The position numbers and the translations under genes are program-made. Shown in pieces: positions 1 to 9,541 of a DNA stretch of 64,000 nucleotides. The notes below the pieces were generated by a model. The model was not told the origin of the DNA. It was given only the letters and a program-made list of their open reading frames with translations, and made no database searches. Source of the DNA: an uncultured Bdellovibrionales bacterium (lineage in GTDB: Bacteria; Patescibacteriota; Minisyncoccia; Moranbacterales; DUUL01); NCBI GenBank assembly GCA_964421125.1, contig CAYQVD010000001.1, forward strand, positions 56,680 to 120,679. The letters are read 5' to 3'. Each line of letters begins with the position of its first letter. Position 1 is the stretch's first letter.

Positions 1-2
1 AA

Positions 3-557
3 TTTATCCTTCATGGAGGAGGAACAAGAAAAGACTCCATTAAAAATAAAACATTTTTCCAACAAATAGCCTCTACTTCAAAAGGCGGTGATCTTTTAAT
101 TATATGCTTTGCTCGACCAAAAAAAGAATGGAAAAAACACTTTGAGAATGAACAAAAAAAATTCTCACATATAAGAGGTACATTAAATTTCATTCTCGCC
201 GATGATAAACCAAAAAAATTCCGCCAGCAAATAGAGTCAGCAAATGCAATTTACATCAAAGATGGCAATGACGCTTTATTACAAAAAAAAATTAAACCTA
301 TTGAAGATTTTGAAGAACTAATCCAAGGAAAAACAATCGCCGGATCATCTGCAGGAGCAAACCTCTTGTCAAAATACTACTATTCAACAGATAACTGTCG
401 AATCGAAGAAGGTCTAGGAATTTTACAGATAAAATTATTTACTCACTATTTTCCAAATCGCAGAACCGAATTAAGAGAACTATTTGGCTATAAAGACGAT
501 CTTGAAATCGTTAGTCTTCTTGAAACAGATTTCACAATAATAGACATTCGATCCTAA
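3..557 (+). CDS. Partial CDS (5' end outside window); S51 peptidase family (peptidase E / cyanophycinase-like) protein, C-terminal part
   Basis: Frame continuous from the window start to the stop at 555-557. Translation contains ILHGGG near the start and GSSAGANLL, which resembles the S51 nucleophile-Ser motif (GxSAG). Confidence 0.45.
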   Translation, partial: FILHGGGTRKDSIKNKTFFQQIASTSKGGDLLIICFARPKKEWKKHFENEQKKFSHIRGTLNFILADDKPKKFRQQIESANAIYIKDGNDALLQKKIKPIEDFEELIQGKTIAGSSAGANLLSKYYYSTDNCRIEEGLGILQIKLFTHYFPNRRTELRELFGYKDDLEIVSLLETDFTIIDIRS

Positions 558-679
558 AAGAAAAAAGGAGGCAAACAATAACGCAAATATTTCTTGCGTT
601 TTTATATACAAAAAATAAAACTATATTTTTTTCTATTTATATGTTATATTAGAAAAATTAAACGCAAATTATAAAATAA

Positions 680-1108
680 ATGAAAAATTCTGATTATAGA
701 AAATCTATTGGATTAATGATGATGACAATTCTTTTGTTGTTTGCTGGATTTTTCTTAACAATGCTCTTATTGTTATTTATCTTAAATAGTGAACTAGGAG
801 ATATCTATTGGGGAATTATTTTACCAATTTTCGCTTTTATTATAATAATCATCTTCATTTTTGCATTCACCCTATATCTTGCAAGTTGGATTTATTTTGT
901 AAAAACGAAAAGATACAGCAGATGGCTTGGTCTTCTCGGACTTATTCCTATCATTGGTCCATTGTTTTTAATAATAATAAAAAACAACTCTCATCAAGAG
1001 GAAGAGCAAGAAAAAAAAGAGAGAATTTATATTATAATTACTGCTATTATTGGAATGGTCATTCCAATAATTGTAATTTTTTCTGCCTTCTTTTTTTGTC
1101 ATCGTTAA
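680..1108 (+). CDS. Hypothetical small integral membrane protein (about 4 TM helices)
   Basis: 142-aa ORF dominated by hydrophobic helices. No recognisable family. Confidence 0.4.
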   Translation: MKNSDYRKSIGLMMMTILLLFAGFFLTMLLLLFILNSELGDIYWGIILPIFAFIIIIIFIFAFTLYLASWIYFVKTKRYSRWLGLLGLIPIIGPLFLIIIKNNSHQEEEQEKKERIYIIITAIIGMVIPIIVIFSAFFFCHR

Positions 1109-1359
1109 AAAAAGAAATAAAAAATATAAATCAAGATACATATTTATCAGAAAGCAAAATCAATGCTACCGTTAAGGGCGTGCATCATGAAAAAAAATGA
1201 AAAAAAATGCAAGAAAATATAAACTCTTTAATAAATTTGATGCCTCTTTTGCATCATTTTTTTAAAAAAACAATCAACGATCTTCTTTTTTGTTTATTAT
1301 ATTGAAAATCTTTTTAACTCATGTTATAATTAAATTGTTATCTTAAATCAAATAAAAAA

Positions 1360-2742
1360 ATGAAAAATAAAAAAATAATATCAATAAGTGCTCTTTTCTT
1401 TATAATTGCTTCAATTTTTTTACTATCAGGATGTCTTAAGGGAGGGAATACTATTAACTATGAGATGAATTTGGAAGTCTGGGGTTTTATTGATGATTCT
1501 GATGCTTTTAAGGAAATAAATAAAAATTATAAAACTCTTTCCCCTCAAATTAAACAACTTCAATACAAAAAAGTTTCATCAAACGTAGAAGAATTTGAAA
1601 AAGAATTAATAAATGCAATTGCAAGTGGAAAAGGACCAGATATAATTTTCTTTCACAGTTCATGGTTATTAGACCATACTGATAAAGTCGCTCCTCATCC
1701 ACAATCAGCTCAATACCTAAATCAATTTAATAAAAAATTTATTGACGTTGCATCTACTGACTTCATTAACAATGATGAAATCTATGCGATGCCTCTTTAC
1801 TCTGACACTCTTGCCCTTTTCTATAATAAGGATATTTTTAATCAAGAAGCCTTCACAAAAGCACCTGAGACCTGGGAAGAAGTCGTGGAATATACCAGAA
1901 AAATTACTAAACTTGATCAAAATGGAAACTTCTCTCGATCCGCAATAGCACTCGGAAGATCAAATGCTCCAGGTAGTATAAATCGTGCCTCCGACATTAT
2001 TAATCTTCTTTTCATGCAAAATGAAATTAAAATTCTTAATGAAGAAGGAACAAGAACTGAATTTGACAGAGTTGTTTTGAGCTCATCACTACTCGATTTC
2101 TACACTAAATTCGCAAAAAATTCACCTTTTTACACCTGGAATTCAAAAATGGAAAACTCTATAGACAGTTTTCGTTTTGGTAAAACAGCTATGATGATTA
2201 ATTATTCTTACATGGCAAATCGATTAAGAGAAACTGATCCAAAATTTAATTTTGAAATCGCCCCTGTCCCACAAGTTGATCTAGAAAATAAAGTAAACTA
2301 TGCAAATTACTGGGGGCTTGCAGTAGTCAAGAATAAAGCACTAGTTCCAGAAACACCTAATCAGATTATTAATTACACAAATAAAGACCGGATTAAAGAA
2401 TCTTGGAAATATATTAAATACGTAACAATGGGAACTATTACCAATAAAGAAGGACAAGAAGTTTCTCCAACTCCTGATCCAACAAAAAGTTATCTTGAAC
2501 TAACTAAAAAACCTACTGCCCGAAAAGATTTAATTGAAGAACAAAAAAATGATCCCGAACTTGGAATTTTCGCAGTACAAGCTCTTACCGCAAAATCATG
2601 GCAAGGTCCAAGCGATGCTGTAACTGAACCCATTTTCAATGAAATGATCGACAATGTTGTTTCAGGGAAATTAATCGCAAGAGATGCCATTAAGACAGCA
2701 GCCTCTAGAATTAATATAATATTAAGAGATTTAAAAAAATAA
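1360..2742 (+). CDS. Extracellular solute-binding lipoprotein (ABC transporter substrate-binding protein, family 1 / sugar-type)
   Basis: N-terminal signal peptide with lipobox (LLSGC). MalE-like motif GKGPDIIFFHSSW. Typical 460-aa length. Confidence 0.65.
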   Translation: MKNKKIISISALFFIIASIFLLSGCLKGGNTINYEMNLEVWGFIDDSDAFKEINKNYKTLSPQIKQLQYKKVSSNVEEFEKELINAIASGKGPDIIFFHSSWLLDHTDKVAPHPQSAQYLNQFNKKFIDVASTDFINNDEIYAMPLYSDTLALFYNKDIFNQEAFTKAPETWEEVVEYTRKITKLDQNGNFSRSAIALGRSNAPGSINRASDIINLLFMQNEIKILNEEGTRTEFDRVVLSSSLLDFYTKFAKNSPFYTWNSKMENSIDSFRFGKTAMMINYSYMANRLRETDPKFNFEIAPVPQVDLENKVNYANYWGLAVVKNKALVPETPNQIINYTNKDRIKESWKYIKYVTMGTITNKEGQEVSPTPDPTKSYLELTKKPTARKDLIEEQKNDPELGIFAVQALTAKSWQGPSDAVTEPIFNEMIDNVVSGKLIARDAIKTAASRINIILRDLKK

Positions 2743-2746
2743 TCAC

Positions 2747-4411
2747 ATGATCTCAAAAAAATCATTTTCACTTTTCTTTATCGGATTTTCATTGTTATTT
2801 TTCTTATTTGGAACAGTCAATAATACTAATGCTGCAATAATAGGTGAAGATTGTAATGAAGAAAACTCTTGTACAGACGGAACTTATTGCCTTTCTGCAT
2901 ATTGTAGACCTGCATTCAATGGAGGACTCGGAGATGAATGCAATCCAACCGAAGAAATGCCAGCTGGAACAGTTTGTTCTGATGGAATAAGTTTTTGTTA
3001 TGAAGGCAAATGTGCAGAAAAATGTGTTGTTGCTTATGGAAATTTATGTCATACGAATGATCCTTCAATAAGATGTTACCCATCAAAAGAAAATACCCAA
3101 GTTTCAATTTGTAAAACAAAATCATCAATTAATTGGATTGGCGCTCCATGTGGAATTGACATAGGAACTTTTTGTAAAAAAGAAGACCATGATCCCGTTT
3201 CTGGAGAAAAGACCTGCGGACCAGGCCTTGACTTTGCTTGGAGAGGATTTTTTATGTGTAGCCCAACAATAGGAACAGAAACTGAACCAAGTGTTAATCT
3301 CTCATGTTGCAAACCAGCATCGGAGACAGCAAAAGTACCTTGCCCTGATCTTAAATATGGAGCACTTTGTGCTAATAATAATGGATATTGTTATGATGGA
3401 TTGTGTGAACCTGAACCAGGAAAAGAAGTAGGTGCTTTATGCGGAAACGATGGAGGAACTTGCCAAGGAGACCCAGGATGGACTGAAATTTGTCCAGGAA
3501 TGACGACTTGGGATAGTGTTTCAGGAAGAGATTGCGATAAAACTGCATCAGGGCAAGAACTTAATTGTTGCATAGATAACAATTACCTACCTGACAGTAC
3601 TTGTGTTAATAAAACAAATGGTGAATCATGCGGTAATGGTGGTTATTGTTATGATGGAATATGCTCTGAATTCGGACTAGGCACCTTAGATGAGAAATGC
3701 GGAGCTCATGACGGACACTGTGTTATTGGAATAAAAGAGAATAATATTTGGTCATGCCCAGAAAGTGCTCCGCAAAGAGACAATGCGGAAAGAAAATGTG
3801 ATATAGGAAGTGATCCAGATAATAACCCAATTCTTTGTTGTACAATTCCTCCTACTGCTTCTCCTACTCCAACCCCAAACCCAATTAACATATCAGATTT
3901 CAATCCTACATACAAAGCATGTGCAGGAACTCAGCCAAGAGAAGGAATTGTGGGAGGAATGGGAATGTTTAGCGGATCAATTGTCCCTTGTGGAAGAAGT
4001 TGTGATGACCTCGGAACTCCAACCAACGAAATGAAAGAATGCACAATTTGTCATTTCATTCTGATGGGGAAAAGAATTTATGACCTAGTTCTTTCTTTGC
4101 TTATTATTGTTTCAATTGTTATGCTTACAGCCAGTGGAATTCTTTACATGTTTTCTGGAGCCAATCCAGAACTAAATTCTACTGCTAAAGAAATTGTTAC
4201 CAAAACACTAATTGGCTTTGCCTTATTCCTAGGAAGCTGGTTGATAGTCAGCACGATTCTTATTCTCATTTCTTATAATAGTGCCTTCTTGGGAACTGGA
4301 GGAAAATGGTATAATTTCTCTTGTGACACTACTAGCAAATTTCAAGCTAAAGATGACCAAGGGAATCAATCATGGCAAAACCCAAACAACTTAAATATCC
4401 CTGTCAATTAG
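2747..4411 (+). CDS. Secreted Cys-rich repeat protein fused to a C-terminal TrbC/VirB2-like pilin hairpin (two TM helices)
   Basis: Signal peptide followed by repeated GYCYDG(L/I)C Cys-rich modules and a Pro/Thr linker (PTASPTPTPNP). The C-terminal hydrophobic hairpin (LVLSLLIIVSIVMLTASGILYMFSGANPELNSTAKEIV...FALFLGSWLIVSTILILISY) is of the same type as the downstream pilin genes. Confidence 0.6.
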   Translation: MISKKSFSLFFIGFSLLFFLFGTVNNTNAAIIGEDCNEENSCTDGTYCLSAYCRPAFNGGLGDECNPTEEMPAGTVCSDGISFCYEGKCAEKCVVAYGNLCHTNDPSIRCYPSKENTQVSICKTKSSINWIGAPCGIDIGTFCKKEDHDPVSGEKTCGPGLDFAWRGFFMCSPTIGTETEPSVNLSCCKPASETAKVPCPDLKYGALCANNNGYCYDGLCEPEPGKEVGALCGNDGGTCQGDPGWTEICPGMTTWDSVSGRDCDKTASGQELNCCIDNNYLPDSTCVNKTNGESCGNGGYCYDGICSEFGLGTLDEKCGAHDGHCVIGIKENNIWSCPESAPQRDNAERKCDIGSDPDNNPILCCTIPPTASPTPTPNPINISDFNPTYKACAGTQPREGIVGGMGMFSGSIVPCGRSCDDLGTPTNEMKECTICHFILMGKRIYDLVLSLLIIVSIVMLTASGILYMFSGANPELNSTAKEIVTKTLIGFALFLGSWLIVSTILILISYNSAFLGTGGKWYNFSCDTTSKFQAKDDQGNQSWQNPNNLNIPVN

Positions 4412-4433
4412 AATTTTTTCTCAATAAAAAAAT

Positions 4434-5039
4434 ATGAAATTAAAAACAATTTATTACAGCTTGCTATTAATTTTTTTTTCACTCAGTGCAGGAATCACAA
4501 ATGCCGCTGGTTCTAATTACAACTATACAAACCCTCTCAAAGTGGACAGTATGACAGCCTGGCTTTCCGGAATTCTCGCTGGCCTTCAAGGAGTTGTCGG
4601 AATTATTGCAGTCATGATGCTGGTACTAGCAGGAATAATTTATATCGCCGCTGGAATAAATTCAAACTGGATGATACTAGCAAAAAACATGGCGACTTGG
4701 GCAATCATTGGCTTCGCTATTGTTGTTGCCGTTCCTTCATTACTAAAAGAAATTTACGACATCTTCAATACTAACCCTACAACTTCTCCTGATATCATTA
4801 AAGAAGCCAATTTTTTTAGAGACATCTTATTAAATGTTCTGCGATTCCTTCTGACAATCATTGGAGTTTTTGCTCTTATTAGTTTTGTGATTGCTGGATT
4901 CAAATACCTCACATCTGGTGGAGACCAAGGTAGAGCTGATAGTGCAAAAAAAATGGTTTTCTATTCCATCATCGCTGTTCTAGTATCAGGATCTGGAGTT
5001 ATCATCATTCGTCAAATCTTCAAAATCCTTGAAGGATAA
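4434..5039 (+). CDS. Pilin-like protein with two tandem TrbC/VirB2-type hairpin domains
   Basis: Signal peptide followed by two copies of the [TM]-[loop with AAG/GG and basic/acidic residues]-[TM] unit. Similar to the single-domain pilins downstream. Confidence 0.55.
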   Translation: MKLKTIYYSLLLIFFSLSAGITNAAGSNYNYTNPLKVDSMTAWLSGILAGLQGVVGIIAVMMLVLAGIIYIAAGINSNWMILAKNMATWAIIGFAIVVAVPSLLKEIYDIFNTNPTTSPDIIKEANFFRDILLNVLRFLLTIIGVFALISFVIAGFKYLTSGGDQGRADSAKKMVFYSIIAVLVSGSGVIIIRQIFKILEG

Positions 5040-5053
5040 TTTAAAATAAATTT

Positions 5054-5662
5054 ATGAATAAAAAAATACTTTACGGGGGAATAATCTTTTTTGTTTTGTT
5101 TTTTGTAACAAACATTTCCATCGCAGCCGATTACATTGTTGAGTTTGGTAGTCCCTTCGGTATTTCAACAGTAGAAAACTTTTTCCTAACAATCATTGAA
5201 AATCTTAAAAACTTGGTTGTCTTAATTGCAATTCTTTTTATTGTAATTGGTGGACTTTTCTATATCACCGCCGGAGAATCTAGTGAAAGAATCACTACTG
5301 CTAAAAAAATATGGACAGGCTCAATTATCGGCCTTTCACTTGCCCTGCTTGCTCCAACTTTTCTTAGAGAAATCCAACATACTTTTCTTAAAGATAAAAT
5401 TCTTAAAACCGATATCAATCAACTACTTAGCTTAAGTGCTATCATCACAAACGTCCTGACGTTCCTGTTGTCAATTGTTGGAATTCTAGCTATAATAAGT
5501 TTAGTGATAAGTGGACTGACTCTGATATTCTCTTTTGGAGACACTTCAAAAGCAGAGAAAGCAAAAGAAATGATCAAATGGTCTCTTGTTGGACTAGCTC
5601 TTTCCGGAGCATCAGTTATCATCGTAAGACAAATTGCTGATTTCATTCTGACAAAACCATAA
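5054..5662 (+). CDS. Pilin-like protein with two tandem TrbC/VirB2-type hairpin domains (paralog of 4434..5039)
   Basis: Same architecture as 4434..5039: ...IVIGGLFYITAGESSERITTAKKIW... and ...ISGLTLIFSFGDTSKAEKAKEMIKWSLVG... Confidence 0.55.
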   Translation: MNKKILYGGIIFFVLFFVTNISIAADYIVEFGSPFGISTVENFFLTIIENLKNLVVLIAILFIVIGGLFYITAGESSERITTAKKIWTGSIIGLSLALLAPTFLREIQHTFLKDKILKTDINQLLSLSAIITNVLTFLLSIVGILAIISLVISGLTLIFSFGDTSKAEKAKEMIKWSLVGLALSGASVIIVRQIADFILTKP

Positions 5663-5721
5663 TCAACTCCATAAGAAAAGTTCAAAATAAATAAAAAATA
5701 AACTAGAAAGGCGGTGAAAAA

Positions 5722-6090
5722 ATGAGTATTACAACTAAAAGAATTTTATCCTTTGTTTTCCTATTTGCTATTATGGGACTACCATTGCTAGCAGGAGCAC
5801 AACTTAACGTTGACTCCACTGAAATGGCTAACTCACGTCTAAGCAATATCACATTCTATGATCTACTAGTAACTGTCATGAATTGGTTATTAATAGTTAT
5901 AACTGTTCTAGCTGTTATTGGTTTTATTGTATCTGGAGTATATTTTATCACTGCCGCTGGAACCGGAAAAGTAGAAGACGCAAAACATTGGTTAACTTAT
6001 TCAATTATCGGAATAATCGTAGCCTTAATTGGATTCATCATCGTTAGACTTATCGATAGTCTTGTCGCTGGAAAGGCTTCATACACATAA
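5722..6090 (+). CDS. TrbC/VirB2-like (T4SS-type) pilin-family protein
   Basis: 122 aa: signal peptide, then a two-TM hairpin ...NWLLIVITVLAVIGFIVSGVYFITAAGTGKVEDAKHWLTYSIIGIIVALIGFIIV. Close paralog of the next gene. Confidence 0.65.
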   Translation: MSITTKRILSFVFLFAIMGLPLLAGAQLNVDSTEMANSRLSNITFYDLLVTVMNWLLIVITVLAVIGFIVSGVYFITAAGTGKVEDAKHWLTYSIIGIIVALIGFIIVRLIDSLVAGKASYT

Positions 6091-6105
6091 GTCTTCAATT
6101 GTTTT

Positions 6106-6158
6106 ATAAAACAAAACAAAACAGGTCCACTCGGACTTGTTTTGTTTTGTTTTTTTAA
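6106..6158 (+). terminator. Rho-independent terminator (about 19-bp stem, one mismatch, loop ACTC, followed by a T-run)
   Basis: aaacaaaacaaaacaggtcc-actc-ggacttgttttgttttgttt followed by ttttt. Confidence 0.7.
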
Positions 6159-6200
6159 TTATAATAAGAAAAACGATGTAAAAAATAAAAAACAATAAAA

Positions 6201-6578
6201 ATGAACATCTTCACAAAAAAAATTATATCCTTTATTTTTTTAATTTCAATTATGAGCATTCCTATGATTGCCATAGGTTTTGACACAGATTTACAAGAAC
6301 TTAAAGATTCGAAGCTAAGTAGTAAAAGTATTCAGGCAATAATTATAGTCACCATGAATTGGTTGCTAACAATAGTAACCGTCCTAGCTGTTATCGGATT
6401 TATTATATCTGGAGTATATTTTATTACTGCCCAAGGAAGCGGGGAAATAGAAGAAGCAAAGAGCTGGATGATTTATTCAATTATTGGAATCGTTGTGGCA
6501 CTTATTGGATATATCATCATCAACCTTGTTAACAGCCTACTCCTAGGAAATGCCACTCAAACAATAGTAATCCCTTAG
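6201..6578 (+). CDS. TrbC/VirB2-like pilin-family protein (close paralog of 5722..6090)
   Basis: ...TMNWLLTIVTVLAVIGFIISGVYFITAQGSGEIEEAKSWMIYSIIGIVVALIGYIII, near-identical to the hairpin of the upstream gene. Confidence 0.65.
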   Translation: MNIFTKKIISFIFLISIMSIPMIAIGFDTDLQELKDSKLSSKSIQAIIIVTMNWLLTIVTVLAVIGFIISGVYFITAQGSGEIEEAKSWMIYSIIGIVVALIGYIIINLVNSLLLGNATQTIVIP

Positions 6579-6669
6579 ACTCCTTAATAAACAGTCATAC
6601 TTAAATAAATCCAAATAAATAATTGTTTTGTTTTATGAAAAATGATAGAATATCAATAATAGAGAAAAA

Positions 6670-7011
6670 ATGATAAAGACAATTAAATACAATTTAATAT
6701 TAGCTGTTCTTTGGTCAAATAAAACTCTTGCGCAATTTATTGAACCAGAGAATAAAACAACTTCTTCGACAACTAAATCATCTTCCATAGATATTAATTT
6801 TCTCATAGAAGTTGTCACCCTCCTCTTTGCTTTTGTTTTTATTATCTCTATTATTGGATTTCTTTTTTCTGGACTCAAGTTCATGACCGCTGGAGGGTCA
6901 GAATCAGTTCTTGAAAGCGCTCATAAAACTTGGATAGCTTCACTAACAGGATTAATTGTTTCCTTATTAGGATACATAATGATATACATATTAAAAATGA
7001 TTTTTCTTTAA
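6670..7011 (+). CDS. TrbC/VirB2-like pilin-family protein
   Basis: 113 aa: signal peptide and a two-TM hairpin with GLKFMTAGGSESVLESAHKTW in the loop. Confidence 0.5.
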   Translation: MIKTIKYNLILAVLWSNKTLAQFIEPENKTTSSTTKSSSIDINFLIEVVTLLFAFVFIISIIGFLFSGLKFMTAGGSESVLESAHKTWIASLTGLIVSLLGYIMIYILKMIFL

Positions 7012-7026
7012 ACATAAATAAAAAAC

Positions 7027-7422
7027 ATGAAAAATAAAAAAATAATTTTATTGTCTCTTATCACCATCTTTTTAACATTAGCCTCAACTGCTCTTGCACA
7101 AGAGATTAATGCAGGTGTTATCAGTGGTATTAAGTCAGTTGGTTTTATTGCTGCTGTAGGAGCCCTTATAGCTTTCGTCCCTTTTGCATCAGCTTCTTCT
7201 GTCCTAGGAACACTACTAAACTGGCTACTTTCAATTTTCACTTTCATTGCTGTTATTTCTTTTATTATAACTGGAATAATGTTTATATTTTCTGGTTCAA
7301 ACCCCGAACTAAAAACACAAGCAAAATCTGGCCTAGTTTATTCAATTATTGGAATTGCTATTGGAATTTCAGGCTGGATAATCCTTGGTACAATAGCTAA
7401 TCTTATGGGAGGTTCTATATAA
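7027..7422 (+). CDS. TrbC/VirB2-like pilin-family protein
   Basis: Signal peptide (ASTALAQE cleavage-like site) followed by ...LLNWLLSIFTFIAVISFIITGIMFIFSGSNPELKTQAKSGLVYSIIGIAIGISGWIIL. Confidence 0.6.
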   Translation: MKNKKIILLSLITIFLTLASTALAQEINAGVISGIKSVGFIAAVGALIAFVPFASASSVLGTLLNWLLSIFTFIAVISFIITGIMFIFSGSNPELKTQAKSGLVYSIIGIAIGISGWIILGTIANLMGGSI

Positions 7423-7436
7423 ATAAAATCTTAAAA

Positions 7437-7838
7437 ATGAAACTATTTAAAAACATTGCAACCCCTCTTTTATCAACAATCACTTTTTTCGCAACAACAC
7501 TTTATGTAAAAGCAAGTTGGACGGCAGGAATGGAAGTAATCAATAACCCCCTTGAAGTAACTCTTCCTGGAGGATCCTTTGCTCCAGGCCCTATTTGGAT
7601 TTTACTATCACTCTTTCTATGGTTATTAAAAATATTTATGATACTAGGAGTAATTTCCTTTGTAATAGCTGGAATTGTATTTCTAGTTTCTACTGTTAAT
7701 CCAGAATTAAGGGAAAGAGCTAAGAACATTGTCACTTACTCAATCATTGCAATCATTATTGGATTCTCTGGAATTCTTATTCTAGTAACTATCCTCTCCA
7801 TTCTTACCGGTGCATCAGGAATAGATTACTTATTATAA
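7437..7838 (+). CDS. TrbC/VirB2-like pilin-family protein
   Basis: ...LWLLKIFMILGVISFVIAGIVFLVSTVNPELRERAKNIVTYSIIAIIIGFSGILIL. The NPEL motif is shared with 7027..7422 and 2747..4411. Confidence 0.55.
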   Translation: MKLFKNIATPLLSTITFFATTLYVKASWTAGMEVINNPLEVTLPGGSFAPGPIWILLSLFLWLLKIFMILGVISFVIAGIVFLVSTVNPELRERAKNIVTYSIIAIIIGFSGILILVTILSILTGASGIDYLL

Positions 7839-7853
7839 ATAAAAATAAATAAT

Positions 7854-8411
7854 ATGAAAATCGGATCACTACGTTTCTTGTTAATTATAGGAATTATTTT
7901 TACTTCTTTTGCAATTTTTTCAGGCAATGCTCTTGCTCAAGTTTGCATTGGAGATAATGGAAGCGATGGAGCTTGTGAATTCGGATGGTGCAGTGATGGG
8001 GAGAATATAGGAGATTCTGGAGATGATTGTGATATGGGGGATGTTTGCTGTGGGACAATTGGAGGAGGTAATACTGGAGGTAATACTGGAGCAACATCTG
8101 GTGTTCCTGTTGATTTAATCCCTGAAGGTCTTGGATTACCTGATCCCGGATTAACGAGTGGAGATCAAAGTGGAATTGAAGTGATACTCCTTGCTCTCTT
8201 GAATTGGCTCTTAATCATTTTCCTTATTGTATCTCTGATTGCTTTTATCATAACAGGGTTAATGTATCTTCTCGCAATGGGAAACTCCAGAACTGTCTTA
8301 ATGGAAAATGCAAAGAATTATTTCTATTATGCGGTGATAGCCCTGTTAGTGACTGGCTCAGGACTAATTATCGTTAATGTTATCAACAACTTTCTCAACG
8401 CAAGCCTTTAA
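7854..8411 (+). CDS. Pilin-family protein with an N-terminal Cys/Gly/Asp-rich module
   Basis: Signal peptide, then CIGDNGSDGACEFGWCSDGENIGDSGDDCDMGDVCCGT, a Gly/Thr linker and a pilin hairpin ...LLNWLLIIFLIVSLIAFIITGLMYLLAMGNSRTVLMENAKNYFYYAVIALLV. Confidence 0.6.
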   Translation: MKIGSLRFLLIIGIIFTSFAIFSGNALAQVCIGDNGSDGACEFGWCSDGENIGDSGDDCDMGDVCCGTIGGGNTGGNTGATSGVPVDLIPEGLGLPDPGLTSGDQSGIEVILLALLNWLLIIFLIVSLIAFIITGLMYLLAMGNSRTVLMENAKNYFYYAVIALLVTGSGLIIVNVINNFLNASL

Positions 8412-8440
8412 AAATTTTCATCATAACATTCTTAACAAAA

Positions 8441-8466
8441 AAGACACCAGAAGGTGTCTTTTTTTG
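8441..8466 (+). terminator. Rho-independent terminator closing the pilin array
   Basis: agacacc-agaa-ggtgtct followed by ttttttt. Confidence 0.75.
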
Positions 8467-8492
8467 AACTACAAACCATTACAATTTCATTA

Positions 8493-9494
8493 TCAAACTG
8501 ATTTTTCTATTAAATCCTTAGCCTTAACTAAAATAAAATTCCTTCTAGGTTCCGGTAAAAAAATTAAAGCCTGATCACTAATTCTAATATCAGCACCGGA
8601 CTTTTTTGTTTTTGGATTATTTTTGATTTTTAAAATCATAAATTTCTTTGCTAATTTATTTAAAAAATTGGCAACTCCAATTTTTTCCAAGAAAACTTCT
8701 ATATAAAAAGAAAATTTTGAAATATTTTTTGATTTTTTGATTTTATTACTTTCAATTAAATCAGACTGAAAATTTGGTAAAAATGCTTTATTTTTAAAAT
8801 CATTTAATTGATAAAAACGTCTAGCTGTATCATGACCAACCATCCAAAAAGAAAATGCAATTTCATTGGAAATAAAAATACCATCTTCTTCAAAAATAAG
8901 TCCCTCCTCAGTCAAATAATGATTTAAACAAAATCTATCTTTAACCATCTTCCCATGTCTCCTTTTTCCAAACAAACTTAAAGTTAACGACAAAAAAAGT
9001 CTTCCCAGCCAAATATAATCCTTTTTAACTATTACTAAAAGATCCCAATCACTTCCATGGTTAGAGTTTTTCATTGCCAACGTTCCATTAAAAATGACCG
9101 CTCGTAAAAATGGAATATTACGAAAAAGTTTATTCCACTTTATTATTTTTTTAATTTTTGTTATCGAAATTTTTTGTTTCAAAATTCGATTTTGAAAAAA
9201 ATCAGGTTCCTCCCTTCCCATTTTCCAAAAACCTTTTTGGAATGAAAGAAATAATCTTTCTTCTAATTCTCTTAGTGCTTCAATGACATCAATAAGCTCA
9301 CAACATTCTCTTCTCCCTTTAATGTCAATATAATGCCTCCAAACCTCAAAAGTCGTTGGAGTAAAATCCATCGCATTTAAATAAGCGACTGTAAATAGAA
9401 CGTTTTTATTAAGAGGATTCATAAAATTATTTAGTAATTCATATACATCCTTTCTGTCACAGTTGAAATATAGATAATGTATTTTCAAAAGCAT
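8493..9494 (-). CDS. Predicted nucleotidyltransferase-domain protein (Pol-beta superfamily NTase motif)
   Basis: 333-aa ORF containing FNGTLAMKNSNHGSDWDLLVIV, which fits the hG[GS]-x9-13-DhD NTase signature. No further family assignment possible. Confidence 0.4.
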   Translation of the reverse strand: MLLKIHYLYFNCDRKDVYELLNNFMNPLNKNVLFTVAYLNAMDFTPTTFEVWRHYIDIKGRRECCELIDVIEALRELEERLFLSFQKGFWKMGREEPDFFQNRILKQKISITKIKKIIKWNKLFRNIPFLRAVIFNGTLAMKNSNHGSDWDLLVIVKKDYIWLGRLFLSLTLSLFGKRRHGKMVKDRFCLNHYLTEEGLIFEEDGIFISNEIAFSFWMVGHDTARRFYQLNDFKNKAFLPNFQSDLIESNKIKKSKNISKFSFYIEVFLEKIGVANFLNKLAKKFMILKIKNNPKTKKSGADIRISDQALIFLPEPRRNFILVKAKDLIEKSV

Positions 9495-9541
9495 GACGTT
9501 CTGATAGAATTTTTTGAGAAGAAGTGTTATCCATTTAAGAA

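Noticed and set aside
808-1200. 130-aa ORF overlapping the 680..1108 membrane-protein ORF in another frame
   Set aside because: Low-complexity, Asn/Tyr-rich translation in an AT-rich frame overlapping a plausible hydrophobic ORF. No RBS. Treated as spurious.
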